DNA from: Dicyema japonicum
Lineage: Eukaryota; Animalia; Dicyemida
Direction: 5' to 3'
Assembly: GCA_011109175.1 (NCBI GenBank)
Contig: RDEW01000060.1
Location: 155,933-219,932, forward strand
DNA: 64,000 nucleotides
The notes under the pieces were generated by a model, which worked only from the letters and a program-made list of their open reading frames with translations, was not told the DNA's origin and made no database searches. Shown here piece after piece: positions 38,812 to 52,165 of the stretch. The position numbers and the translations under genes were made by a program. Every line of letters starts with the position of its first letter. Within the stretch, counting starts at the first letter, position 1.

Positions 38812-41685
38812 AATTTACACAAATTTCGGAAAATAAGTTTCACGAATAATTCAGGTGGAATCTTCTAATCCGGGATCTGTGGTGATAGAACGGATATATG
38901 TCAGATATTTACACAAATTTCGAAAAATAAGTTTCACGAATAATTCATGTGGAATCTTCTATCCGGGATCTGTGGTGATAGAACGGTATATGTAAGATAT
39001 TTACACAAATTTGAAATGAGTTCACGAATAATTCAGTGGAATCTTCTATCCGGGATCTGTGGTGAAGAACGGATATATGTCAGATATTTACACAAATTTT
39101 TGCAAAAATAAGTTTCACGAATAATTTCATGTGGAATCTTCTATCCGGGATCTGTGGTGATAGAACGGATATATGTCAGATATTTACACAAATTTCTAAA
39201 AATAAGTTTCACGAATAATTCAGGTGGAATCTTCTATCCGGGATCTGTGGTGATAGAACGGATATATGTCAGATATTTACACAAATTTCTAAAAATAAGT
39301 TTCACGAATAAATTCATGTGAATCTTCTATCCGGGATCTGTGGTGATAGAACGGATATATGTCAGATATTTACACAAATTTTTGCAAAAATAAGTTTCCA
39401 CGAATAATTCAGGTGGAATCTCTATCGGGATCTTGATAGATAACGGATATATGTCAGATATTTACACAAATTTTGCCAAAATAAGTTTCACGAATAATTC
39501 AGGTGGAATCTTCTATCCGGGATCTGTGTGATAGAACGGATATATGTCAGATATTTACCACAAATTTTGCAAAATAAGTTTCACGAATAATTCAGTGTGG
39601 AATCTCTATCCGGGATCTGTGGTGATAGTAGAACGGATATATGTCAGATATTTACACAAATTTTGCAAAATAAGTTTCACGAATAATTCAGGTGGAATCT
39701 TCTATCCGGGATCTGTGGTGATAGAACGGATATATGTCAGATATTTACACAAATTTTGCAAAATAAGTTTCACGAATAATTCAGGTGGAATCTTCTATCC
39801 GGGATCTGTGGTGATAGAACGGATATATGTCAGATATTTACACAAATTTTGCAAATAAGTTTCACGAATAATTCAGGTGGAATCTTCTATCCGGGATCTG
39901 TGGTGATAGAACGGATATATGTCAGATATTTACACAAATTTCTAAAAATAAGTTTCACGAATAATTCAGGTGGAATCTTCTATCCGGGATCTGTGGTGAT
40001 AGAACGGATATATGTCAGATATTTACACAAATTTTGCAAAATAAGTTTCACGAATAATTCAGGTGGAATCTTCTATCCGGGATCTGTGGTGATAGAACGG
40101 ATATATGTCAGATATTTACACAAATTTTCAAAATAAGTTTCACGAATAATTCAGGTGGAATCTTCTATCCGGGATCTGTGGTGATAGAACGGATATATGT
40201 AAGATATTTACACAAATTTTGCAAAATGAGTTTCACGAATAATTCAGGTGGAATCTTCTATCCGGGATCTGTGGTGATAGAACGGATATATGTCAGATAT
40301 TTACACAAATTTCGAAAAATAAGTTTCACGAATAATTCAGGTGGAATCTTCTATCCGGGATCTGTGGTGATAGAACGGTATATGTAAGATATTTACACAA
40401 ATTTTGCAAAATGAGTTTCACGAATAATTCAGGTGGAATCTTCTATCCGGGATCTGTGGTGATAGAACGGATATATGTCAGATATTTACACAAATTTTGC
40501 AAAATAAGTTTCACGAATAATTCAGTGGAATCTTCTATCCGGGATCTGTGGTGATAGAACGGATATATGTAGATATTTACACAAATTTTGCAAAATGAGT
40601 TTCACGAATAATTCAGGTGGAATCTTCTATCCGGGATCTGTGGTGATAGAACGGATATATGTCAGATATTTACACAAATTTCTGCAAATAAGTTTCACGA
40701 ATAATTCATGTGGAATCTTCTATCCTGGATCTGTGGTGATAGAACGGTATATGTAAGATATTTACACAAATTTTGCAAAATGAGTTTCACGAATAATTCA
40801 TGTGGAATCTTCTATCCGGGATCTGTGGTGATAGAACGGATATATGTCAGATATTTACACAAATTTCTGAAAATAAGTTTCACGAATAATTCATGTGGAA
40901 TCTTCTATCCGGGATCTGTGGTGATAGAACGGATATATGTCAGATATTTACACAAATTTCGAAAAATAAGTTTCACGAATAATTCAGGTGGAATCTTCTA
41001 TCCGGGATCTTGTGGTGATAGAACGGATATATGTAAGATATTTACACAAATTTTGCAAAATGAGTTTCACGAATAATTCAGGTGGAATCTTCTATCCGGG
41101 ATCTGTGGTGATAGAACGGATATATGTAAGATATTTACACAAATTTTGCAAAAATGAGTTTCACGAATAATTCAGGTGGAATCTTCTATCCGGGATCTGT
41201 GGTGATAGAACGGATATATGTAAGATATTTACACAAATTTTGCAAAAATGAGTTTCACGAATAATTCAGGTGGAATCTTCTATCCGGGATCTGTGGTGAT
41301 AGAACGGATATATGTCAGATATTTACACAAAATTTTAAAATATAAGTTTCACGAATAATTCAGGTGGAATCTTCTATCCGGATCTGTGGTGATAGAACGG
41401 ATATATGTAGATATTTACACAAATTTGCAAAATAGTTTCACGAATAATTCAGGTGGAATCTTCTATCCGGGATCTGTGGTGATAGAACGGATATATGTCA
41501 GATATTTACACAAATTTTGCAAAATAAGTTTCACGAAATAATTCAGGTGGAATCTTCTATCCGGGATCTGTGGTGATAGAACGGATATATGTCAGATATT
41601 TACACAAATTTCGAAAAATAAGTTTCACGAATAATTCATGTGGAATCTTCTATCCGGGATCTGTGGTGATAGAACGATATATGCA
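38812..41685 (+). repeat. Tandem array of about 31 x 93-bp units; one stop-free frame encodes a 31-aa LRR-like repeat
   Basis: Unit atatttacacaaattttgcaaaataagtttcacgaataattcaggtggaatcttctatccgggatctgtggtgatagaacggatatatgtcag translates to YLHKFCKISFTNNSGGIFYPGSVVIERIYVR. The other frames of the unit contain stops. Many 1-bp indels are present. Confidence 0.92.
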
Positions 41686-43466
41686 GGAATTTACCATTAA
41701 ATTTCTTAGAATAGGAGTTAAAATTTTCGCAAAATCAGGTTTTATATGCGAAATGAGGCTTTATTCCCTGGATGAACAATTGCTGTTGTTACAATAAGTT
41801 CACTTATTCTTAGTTATTTCCCCTCTGCAGTTTCGGATTTGTTCATCTTAAATCCCAACTCATTCATAATTTATTCTAAAGAATTCTGTATTGAAAAAAA
41901 TGAAGATTTTTAATTTACAGTGGAAATTGTTATGTTTGTTTTTGAAAGACACCGGTAAAATAAAATAATGTTTTTGATATTTCATTAGACAATAAAGATT
42001 ATGTGTTTAATAATCGTGAAATGAAATGATAATTCTATTTTTGTGTTATTTTTTGATGTTTTGTTTGTTTTGCTTTGAATTGAAGGGATTTGTATGCCAA
42101 ATATTGTTTATATGTTTAATATGATGAGATTTCTATTTGTGGTTCTTATTTTCTGTACGTTATTTATATATTAATTATTACTAGAATATTACGTAGTTTA
42201 TTGCATAATTCATTTTCATAATAATACATACAATATTTTGGCCATGTGGTTAATTGTAGAAAATTATAACTGCTCATGAACATCCCCTCGATAAGGACAT
42301 CTAGCTATATTTTGGACTCTTGACGTTTTGAACAAAGAATGTGTCCTTGTTCAAATCTTTCTAGCTTATTGGAGAATTTTTTGCTGACTATCTAAAATTA
42401 GTCCTTTTTTAGTGGATGAGAAGTCAAATCTCTTCCTGAAATTTCCGAAAATTTTCTCGTTTATTTTCAGCAAATCTCACTCGCAATTAGAGAGGGAATA
42501 ATAATGAGATAACGGCTGTACTCTTATAACATATACAAGCTAATACAAAGAGTCAGTAGTACTCAATGCTTGGGTTCAACATAGTGGGATTCAGTAGTTT
42601 TTATTACTGCTTATATAAAGAAGGAAATAAGATTCATTGTTTATTCGAGTTTTGCATACATTTGTTATCGATGTCTTCAAATAATTTAAAGGAATAAAGA
42701 AATGTTAAATCTATGACATTTTCAGCACGTTGTTTTACGTGGGGCTGACGAATGACTCGAGCCCCCCTCAGTAGAGACCTCAGAGAATTCTATCTTTATA
42801 TATATTATTAAAAGGTAGGACGGACCATTAATGCCGAAAGGCCAGCCAAAAAATAAGTTAAAGTCTTCCAGAATATAAATCCCGTGATATTGGAGTTACT
42901 CATCTATTCTGTGTGTTCACCTCTAATTTTCCAATAAAAACCTAGCATTCATTTTAAATAAATTTATCTAGATTTTATAGAATGCCTCCGTTTGTGGCTA
43001 AGAGTCAAAGGTCAATCAGATTTGCAGTCACGTGTATATAAAAACTATAGCGATTTAAGTAGCATTTTGGAATTCTTGTGAGAGATTTGAATACAAACAA
43101 CTGAAGGTTCAAAGACATGTGTGGACTAGTTCATATCACTGAATGGCTTGAAAAGGAATGAATAGACAAATACACGTGAATTGTAATGAATAAACTTCAA
43201 TTTCAAGACGAGTGGAAAATTTCATGTCTTATACCACATAATACAACACGTGACCACTATCCATGATATGTGTCTTTCTCACACCTAAAGAAAACTAACA
43301 ACTCTATTTAACTGAAGGAAGTCCCAAAAAGTATCAGCTAGGCTGTGAAGTCAATACAGCTCCACATATCGAGTGATTGATATCTTTACGAAAAGACTCC
43401 TGTAAAGGAATGTCTAAAAGCAAGAAAAATTCCTTCAAGTTGGTCGTCTAACCATCAAGTATTTAC

Positions 43467-43639
43467 CAAAAATATATGGTTTATTGTCTGGGAATTACTA
43501 AATATCAAAAATATATGGTTTATTGTCTGGGAATTACTAAAATATCAAAAATATATGGTTTATTGTCTGGGAATTACTAAAATATCAAAAATATATGGTT
43601 TATTGTCTGGGAATTACTAAAATATCAAAAATATATGGT
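43467..43639 (+). repeat. 40-bp minisatellite, about 4.3 copies
   Basis: caaaaatatatggtttattgtctgggaattactaaaatat repeated head-to-tail without spacers. Confidence 0.92.
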
Positions 43640-43869
43640 CCAATTGAGTTGGGATGTTTACGTTTTAAATATTTGATTAAGCGCGATGGATTCATTACCT
43701 CATTGGAAAATACTGTACCATATTGCAAACAAAGCAGTTTATGAAGATCCTAAGGATTTTAATAAATCCAAAAAATATATCCTCTTTATAGGTTCTAACT
43801 TTGTTGATACAGACACATCACGCACGAAGTATTAGAAATCACGATAATAACTTTAAATAATTATTATTA

Positions 43870-44200
43870 TTGAACCAAGACTGGATGTCATATACAAACA
43901 GTTCATCGAGTCTACAATAGGATACGCATGTAATGTCTGGGGATCTAACATTGCAACAACGAATTTGGACCAAAATCTGCAACATTCAAGTGAAAGCAGC
44001 ATACCTACTAAGGAGATCTTTTTCGTGTGGAAATCCTGCTCAGAAACCTTGAAAATATGATAGAGGCGACTGGAACAGTGCCCCTGAGAAGGACTCGAGT
44101 ATGCGGACCACGCCCATATCGGAATTGCGCAGGAGCGCAGTCGAACACTGAGAAAAAACTGCGAAAACTGTTGAGGGAGGCCGGGATCACCTGAATTTGT
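43870..44200 (+). mobile_element. LINE C-terminal fragment, converging tail-to-tail with a minus-strand tail (44229-44282)
   Basis: LDVIYKQFIESTIGYACNVWGS...; ends ggccgggatcacctga. Confidence 0.7.
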
Positions 44201-44359
44201 TTATTTTGGATATTATTTTATTTATTAACCCCGAAAAGAGAACACCGAGAAAGGAGTAAACCAACTAATTAAATGATCCCGGTACGCCTCAACAGGATCG
44301 AGAGGTTTGGATATGACGGTGGTTTTCTGGTTCAATAATAATAATAAATGAAATATAAT

Positions 44360-44695
44360 ATAAATGTTATATTATGTAACCAGCGACCAGTCTCGAATGC
44401 GATCATCCATCTTTTCCAGTTTCAATGACAGGAGTCGTCTGAAATAGATACACGATTTTGTTTCTACAAGAAACATCCGAAGACTCGAATATCAAATTCT
44501 ACATCGGCCGCCTCCTCATATATCCAATCAGAATCCTTTTTTGGCTTGTTTACGATGTGGGCACCACTCCTATCTACCGACATACGATATTCTCTGTCCC
44601 TTTTGCAACCTATACGTGTTAACAACAAATCATACATTAGAATGTCATGAATTAGCACAACGTTCGCCTACAATGCCAAGACTGACAGATTTATG
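44360..44695 (+). mobile_element. I/Ingi-like LINE C-terminal zinc-knuckle fragment (homologous piece at 29270-29419, minus)
   Basis: LRCGHHSYLPTY..CPFCNLYVLTTNHTLECHELAQR; shares gttgtgctaattcatgacatt with about 29358-29378. Confidence 0.65.
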
Positions 44696-47130
44696 GGAGC
44701 TAGAGCCAGTCCAAATTAGAGTTGAAACACCCCTTATATTTTCCAATTAGTTTTTTAACAAAATTTAATTTCGTTGTGCCGAGAGATGACGTGTCGATGT
44801 GTTTGGTGAAGGTCAAGAGGGTCGTATGTTACGCCAGTAGCATGACCGAGTTGGTGATGGGATTGAGTTTCCATTTATGGTTACGCATGGAACGGAGTTT
44901 GTCAATTTTCTGTTTGTTGTGAAAATTGTTGTATAAGACTTTTCTGGACTTTTATGTAGAATGTTCTTAACGAGCAAGCAGTTCAGATCGTCCAATGAAG
45001 CTTGTAGGCGGTATGAACGCACTGGTCTTTGACTGCGACGATTATATCATCCGCATATGTCGGAATCAGAGTATCGTCACTGGTAGGGAGGGCATATCAT
45101 TTGAATAGGTTGAACAAGTGTGGTGAAGTGGAGATCCTTGAGGGACCCCATTTGGAAGGAACTTGGTCACTGACCTAGTTTTTCCAGCAGTCACTCTTCC
45201 TCTTCTTCCATTTAGGAAATTAGCAATCCAGATTTTCAGGTTGTTTGGCATTTTTGATGTAAAGATCTTCCTTATCAAAAGATTTCTTGGGACAGTGTCG
45301 AAAGCTTTTTCTATATATAACAAATGATTTCTGATGAGGATTGCGTTTTAGGCCAACCTTGATGAAATTTGTAAGGCATGTAAGATGCGTTTCTGTGGAG
45401 TGCCATTTTCTGAATCCGTGTTTAAAAAGTGCGTCAGGAAGGTATGATTTGATTAGTTCAAGAATCAGCTTTTCCAAAATTTTTGATGTAACACATAGGA
45501 GAGATATTGGTTTGTATGAGGTTGATGATCCCTTCGTTGCATGTTTGATAGCTTCCATATGAAAGAAATACAATTTTCGTTGATTGAAAAGTTGAAATTT
45601 TGGTGAGGGCCATGATAGCATAAGGGCAAATGTTTTTCAGAACTATTGCAGGGATTCCGTCTGGACCGCAGGAATAAGTCAACTTTTGACCCTTAACCAT
45701 TTTTTGCGCGTGCTCCACAGAGTGGACAATCGGGAGGTAAATACTAATTTTTTTATTATTTAAATAAATATTTAATTTTTATTAATTCAAATTAATAAAT
45801 AAATTTAAATACTAGTCACGTTTTGTTATATATCATCCATGTTGATTCATAGAAACAGAGAACTACCTAATATACCGTAGCATTGTAAATAAATATATTA
45901 GTGAATCTCCATCAGATATATTGGAAGANATCACGTGTGGCCGGGTTGTTAGCGTCACTAAAGCTTCTAAATGTTTTCCACATTTTTGTAAGGGAGTTCT
46001 GCTTGTTTAAATTGGACAGTAGGTTTTTCCAAACTTTCTCTTGTTTCTTCTTTGCATTGTTCCTGATCTCTCTTTCTAATGTACGAATTCTCAATCTTGT
46101 TTCCCAGGATTGTTTTTGGAGGCTTTTTTAATTTCTTTTTTATGAGTGGATCGACTGTGGGGAAAAATTCTTTCTTGAGGTCAGTGGCTTTCTTTTAATA
46201 CAAATTTTCATTCCCTCAAGTACCACTCTATTAAAATAGTGTAGTGCTTTATCGATGGAGTTGAAATTGGATAAATGAAAGTCAAGAAGATAATAGTCGA
46301 CAAAATTTAAGAACTTTTCCCAGTCGACATTTATGTAGTCGGTATATAAAACAGGTTTCTTTACAATTGACACTCTTCCTTCAAACGTAGTCATAACGGG
46401 ATTATGGTAACTGCTAATCTCGTATAGCAGTGTCCATTTTGTTAATGTTGCGATGTTTGGTGAGGCAAGAGTGAGATCGGGGGACGATGTCCTGTCATTC
46501 GCTCTGTAGGGAGTCCTTGTATTGAATGTAGGGTTGTTTAATATTATCAGGTCATCCAGATTCGATAACAATTGGTTTCCTATGACATCGCATGGTTGGT
46601 TCTTGAACCATGTCGGATGCTTCGCATTTAGGTCTCCACAAAGTAACATATTTTTGATTTGTCGATGTCTGACAGGGAGAACCTGAATTCCTTGGAGCAT
46701 GAGTTGGGCGGTGGCACATACACATTAAATATGTTTATGTTTCCGATGCTTGTCTTGACTGAAATACCAATATATTCGACGGGAGACTTGAGGTTAACAA
46801 AAGTTTCGTTTGCGTACGGAATTTCTTTTTTGATAAGGGCATGCAGTCCACCACTCCGCCCAGCTGGGCGGTCGCGCCTGATGACGTGATAGTTTGGGAA
46901 GACGGGAGTGGGAGAAGACGGAGTCAGTCTTGTTTCTTGGAGTAAACAAATGCCAATATTATACCTTTTTAGGAGTTTTCTGAGTTCGAGGATCTTCCCT
47001 TTCACTCCATTTATGATTAGTTGAATCAAAATAATGGGTTTTCGAGGTCCAGGATTGGGGTTCACATCGTTGGCAAGCATTAGGTGGGCTTCCATCAAGG
47101 CAGCAATATCTTCCTACCAATAAGCAATGA
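44695..47130 (-). mobile_element. Near full-length APE-RT LINE (Ingi/I-like), frameshifted, 3'-truncated, with an N-terminal 2A-like motif
   Basis: APE: LLQETRL, NVYVPP, LLCGDLNAKH, SSPDLTL. RT: GPDGIPAIVLK, YKPISLL, HGFRKWHST, KAFDTVP, GVPQGSPL, YADD. There is an interruption and an N join near 45720-45930. Confidence 0.9.
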
Positions 47131-47599
47131 TGCAACCATTTTGGCTTCAAAGTAGAGAATTTGTCGGTTTTGGACAATATGTTTATTCTACGAATTTATA
47201 TATGATAGTTTCACGTGCATAAATTAGGAACTAACCTTTTCTGTGAGGACAGTGATTTTGTTTTGTTTGTCCTTAATCAATAGTTGATAAATGCTGTAAT
47301 CCCTGATATTCCAACTATAATATCTCACATAATCAACCATTCAGCTACTTCTGATATAAGGCTTTTTATTGATTTATTCTGTAAATCTCATTAAAATTGG
47401 CATACGTCATTTATTACTATGAATAATGTCGGTTGGTCGGGACAATGAATTTCCAACTTTTTAATCTGACAATCTGCCATTAATCCCTCCTAATATTTTA
47501 TTTTTTTATTTTTTGTTTTTTTAATTTATATATTAAATAAATAACATTTTTGTCAAATAATCAGTTAATTTATCCCAGTAAAGCATATATAAAACTGCC

Positions 47600-47990
47600 A
47601 TCCATCCAAACTGGACCCGCCGACATTATCGACGTTGCGTTGCTTCTCACAATTGCAACAGAGGTCAACTGAAGTAGCTATCGGGTCTCACGTGCGTCGT
47701 GGCTTTTTAGTGTAGCTAGGCGTCCAATTTTCTTTAGAATGCGAAGCGATTTTCCACTTATTCCTTCAGTTGTCTCGACCACTATCGGATAAAACGCGAA
47801 TCGGTCGCGTAGAATGTATGCTTTCCAGTCACCACGTGGATATACATTCGCATTGAATATTAAAATTTCACATAAAGTGAATGTATGCTTTCCAGTCACC
47901 ACGTGGATATACATTCGCATCTCCACAGTATGACAATCGTCCTCTCCACTATTCCTATTGACCACCAGAAGACTGGTACTCTTCTCTTGT
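47600..47990 (-). mobile_element. CRE-clade 3' fragment with an internal 42-bp direct duplication
   Basis: FYPIVVETTEG...KKIGRL...TSVAIVRSNA; the duplicated segment is gaatgtatgctttccagtcaccacgtggatatacattcgcat. Confidence 0.7.
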
Positions 47991-48821
47991 CCGGGTCCAT
48001 CTTCAAGTTCTCTTGGTCGTACCGTACTTGTTAGCCACTATTTCCTTTCCTCGAGAGGATGGGGGTAAATAAAAAATATGATCTCCGTCACCAAACAAGA
48101 GCATGAAAATTATCAATGCAATCATTCTAAATGATTTTCATTCATAGTTTAGACCACATTGGTCTTATTAAAGTTCCACCGTTCGAGCATGTTCAACAAA
48201 ACCATCTTCCTGGTCATGAAAAATATGAAAACCCGAGATGACTGCAATTTGTTAGTCGCATCAATAAGAAAAGCTCCTATTTCTGGAAAACGCAAAAACG
48301 AATCAAATTGGAGGATGCAGCACACAAATTTTCAAATTGGCAGTAAGCTACGATACCATACAAAAAAGTTGGATGAATTTACTCATTACATTTTGTTAAC
48401 TTACATCCTGTTAAAGTAATCTTGACGATTATCCCTTCTCTTCCGCAGTCTGAATTCCAACATAGTTTTTGTTACTTAAAATCAAAAATTGTGGGTTTAA
48501 TGAGGCCCACCTGTGAGCAGTGATAGTTTTTTGCATCAAACATTTATCCAAACTTACGTTGCTGTTCACCAAAATTTTCAGTACGACGTTTAAAGGTTTG
48601 CAGCACCCATATCAGATCAAGATCAGATTATTACCAAACTGAGTACCTCATGAATTCGCAATGGCGCCAAAATCAACATGAGCACTATCACTTTGGATTG
48701 GAGATGTTAAGAAGAACCTAGAATCTTCATTGGCCCCGTGCGAGTGCGAGTACCCACAACAAGTTATCTATTTGGTCAACTATCCGCAAAGTGGGGAGTG
48801 CAAATTTCTATAACAATCTAA

Positions 48822-49162
48822 NNNNNNNNNNNNNNNNNNNNNNNNNNNNNNNNNNNNNNNNNNNNNNNNNNNNNNNNNNNNNNNNNNNNNNNNNNNNNNN
48901 NNNNNNNNNNNNNNNNNNNNNNNNNNNNNNNNNNNNNNNNNNNNNNNNNNNNNNNNNNNNNNNNNNNNNNNNNNNNNNNNNNNNNNNNNNNNNNNNNNNN
49001 NNNNNNNNNNNNNNNNNNNNNNNNNNNNNNNNNNNNNNNNNNNNNNNNNNNNNNNNNNNNNNNNNNNNNNNNNNNNNNNNNNNNNNNNNNNNNNNNNNNN
49101 NNNNNNNNNNNNNNNNNNNNNNNNNNNNNNNNNNNNNNNNNNNNNNNNNNNNNNNNNNNNNN
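48822..49162. other. Assembly gap (N run)
   Basis: Run of N. Confidence 1.
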
Positions 49163-50200
49163 GATTAAGAATCAGTTTTTCCAATAATTTTGAGTTCATA
49201 GTAAAGAGATTGGTCAAAATGATGCAGGATTGTACTTAGGGTTAAAGAATGGCGTATATAGGACAGTTTCCAACTTGTTGAAATTGTATTCATATTTATT
49301 AAATAGTTGAAAATCACTGTGATTGCATCATCCCAATAGGTCCAAGGTGTTTTAGTAAAATACCAGGGATAGAATCAGGCACATATGAGATGGAAGAATT
49401 CACCCTCTTTAAACTTTCACTGACATCTGAATCTAAGATGATTTCATATTTGACCAAATTGTTTAATTTCTCTCCATATCGCCTGAGCTGATTTCTTAAA
49501 TTGAAAGGAAGATACTATAGTTTGTCCCATTTGTTGACTTCAGTATTTCTAATCCTTTTTGATATTTCGTCATTGAGAGTTTTTGTTTGATTTTTCTGTC
49601 CTGGAAAAGAAAGTACGAAATGAGAATAACTTCGTTCAAAAAGTTAATAGCATATATATTGAGGAGAATATTTTCATGTCAAAGTTTAGTAGAGATTGAT
49701 CGATGTATTTTGAATAGTCATTCCATTTTGCTTTTTAATAGTTGAAAAATAGAACAGTCTCTTTTTTGTGGTAAAAAACTTTTTTGATTCGAATAATGAT
49801 TGGATTGTGGTCGGAAGATAATCCATAATGTATCCGGTGCAAGGTTTAAGGAACAGAAGGTAATGTCTGGGAACGCTGATGCTTCCTTTTTTTTGTAAAG
49901 AGTCCTAGTGTGCTTCCCGGGGTTGTTGAGGATAGTCAGAGAGGTGAGTTGGTTTAAGAAGGATAATCTATTGAAACTGCTGGAGGTGATTTTAACTAGG
50001 CTGGATGTTTAGCATTAAAATCTTTATAAAAAGGGGACACAAGGCTGTAATCAGTGGTTTTGCTACAAGTGGTTGGTTGGTAGGAAGATTGAGGCTAGGC
50101 GTACTTATTACGCAAAATATCAACTTAACTTCATGGTGGATGAAAGCCTTGTATTCTCGTGAAACGGATCAAGTGAAGGACTCATAAGACATCAGAAACC
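49163..50200 (-). mobile_element. Decayed LINE (APE-RT junction) running into the N gap
   Basis: PDSIPGILLKHLGP and PISL...SKLLEKLILN motifs. Confidence 0.65.
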
Positions 50201-50599
50201 AAGGAAGTTAATATAAGTAGTTATAGTTAATATAAGTAGCCAATATCATGCTTATCAGTTAAATTAGATTATCTTTATTCCCAAAAGACAAATTATCCAA
50301 CTTATTAGTACCCCCTATCTGGCAGATCGCTTTTCGTTTTAAAAAAGGATAATTGGTGTAAAATATTATTCCATTTCTTAGCAGAAGTGTTCCTCTGTAT
50401 TGTAGGAAGTTACCAATGTAGTATACGTTTCTCATATCGTATTTGCTTTGATATCTCTCACATGTGGATTTGAGAAATTCTAGTTCAGACATATTTTCTA
50501 TATTCGCTAGTATCCACTCATTTTTTTTACACTCTTGTCTTTAATCTTCGATACTTCTCGTTATCTGCAAAATGAAGATACACCTTGATCCAATACAAT

Positions 50600-51100
50600 A
50601 AGAATTATCTACTTTATAGTGACTCTTACCTTTTGGATTCGGAGTCGTTCTAAAATAACCTCAAAAATACCTTGGGGGTAGATCCAAATTCTGGATGTAG
50701 TGAAAAGGTTGAGAATCAGATCTACTCTGGAATTCTATCATTCAATATTATGAATACTCTGACAGATGGGGTAACATTCCATAAAGCAATCATTTAATGT
50801 TATAACCCCATTTCTAGTATATGCACATCTACCGGTGTGACTGAGATGGTGGTAACATTTACCAGAGTTGATTAAATCTGAAATGAAGTACTATACTTAC
50901 TGCGTAATGTTCTCAAAACAATGTAATCGATGTCCGCCAATTTCCACCCGGGGATTCTTGAACAGATTTTTTCCACTTCTTCGTGAAAAGCCGAGTAGTT
51001 GAAAATGGCATAGCATATCCCCTTACTGCATCTCTGGGGACCTGATTTTACTTAGAAGGCAAAGTATCATTTTTCACGTAAAAACAGTGCCAGTTATCTG
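50600..51100 (-). mobile_element. Decayed RT N-terminal region, probably RLE-type
   Basis: IPGWKLADIDYI resembles the R4-like WKxPGxD motif; many stops. Confidence 0.35.
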
Positions 51101-51410
51101 TGTCCAATTGAAGGATATTTCTTATCGTATCTATTGAATAAATGTTATTTTGAATTCCTGGATTTTATATAAGAACCCACATGACCCGTTAAAATTTAAG
51201 ACCGCAGACATTATGCAGTTCTGGCAAAAGGTAACGTGTCTAAGGCCGAGCAGGTGGAAAAGTTCTTGGACTAGACTAATTGCATTCTGTTGCAACTTGC
51301 GGGTTGTCTAAAATAAGGCTGATTGTCATTTCATATGACTTATATATGATTCTTAATGATATGCCCTCTCATACCTATTCTTTAATGATTATGACCTATT
51401 CTTTAATGAT

Positions 51411-52165
51411 ATGCCCTCTCATACCAGTGACGATACTCTGGTTTTGACATATGCTGATGATATAATCGTCGCAGTCAAAGACCAGTGCGTTAATACTGCT
51501 GTTTACCGGATCAAAGCTTTATTGGACGATCTGAACTGTTGGCTCGTTAAGAACATTTTACATACAAGTCCCGAAAAGTCTTATACAACAATTTTCGCAA
51601 CAAACAGAAGATTAACAAACTCCGCTCCATGTGTAACCATAAATGGAACTCAATCCCCACGACCAACTCGGTCAAGATACTGGGCGTAACTTACGACCGA
51701 CTCTTGACCTTTAGCAAACACATCGACAACGTCATCTCTTAGGCACAACGAAAGCTAAATTTTGTTAAAACACTCCTTGGACAATATAATGGGTGTTTCA
51801 ACTCAAATTTAGACTCGCTCTACGTGCAGTATATTCAACCGTCTCTAACTTACGGGTGTACTGCATGGGGAACCAACCTATCAAACAGGAATATAGAAAA
51901 AATCAAAATCTCTTAAAAAATGGCCTTAAGGCTTTGCAAAGGTTTTTTTGGAAACCTCTAAACCCTACACCCTTTGAGGAATTAGTGAGGAAAACCGGAG
52001 CCTTACTACCCTCCAAAAAAGTTAGAAACCCTCGCCCAATCTGGAACTGCGTAGGAACCCAGCAAGAACATAGCAAGAATGAGATGGCTACTCGAGGCGG
52101 CTGGAATCACCTGACGGCTATGTAGTTAATTAATTTGTCGGTGACTTTTGGTTTTTAATAATAAT
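51411..52165 (+). mobile_element. 3' part of the same LINE family (YADD to tail)
   Basis: LTYADDIIVAV...KSYTTIF; YVQYIQPSLTYGCTAWG; ends GWNHLTAM* followed by a stem-loop and (TAA)n. Confidence 0.88.

Noticed and set aside
42740-42770. Hammerhead ribozyme (CTGACGA inside GGGGCT...AGCCCC hairpin)
   Set aside because: The required GAAA and NUH cleavage triplet are not in the correct positions; it is only a simple hairpin.
43467-43639. CRISPR-like array
   Set aside because: The units are contiguous with no unique spacers, there are no cas genes, and the context is eukaryotic. The same applies to the 93-bp array.
48780-49217. ORFs spanning N gaps (also 56798-57410)
   Set aside because: They stay open only because N codons contain no stops.
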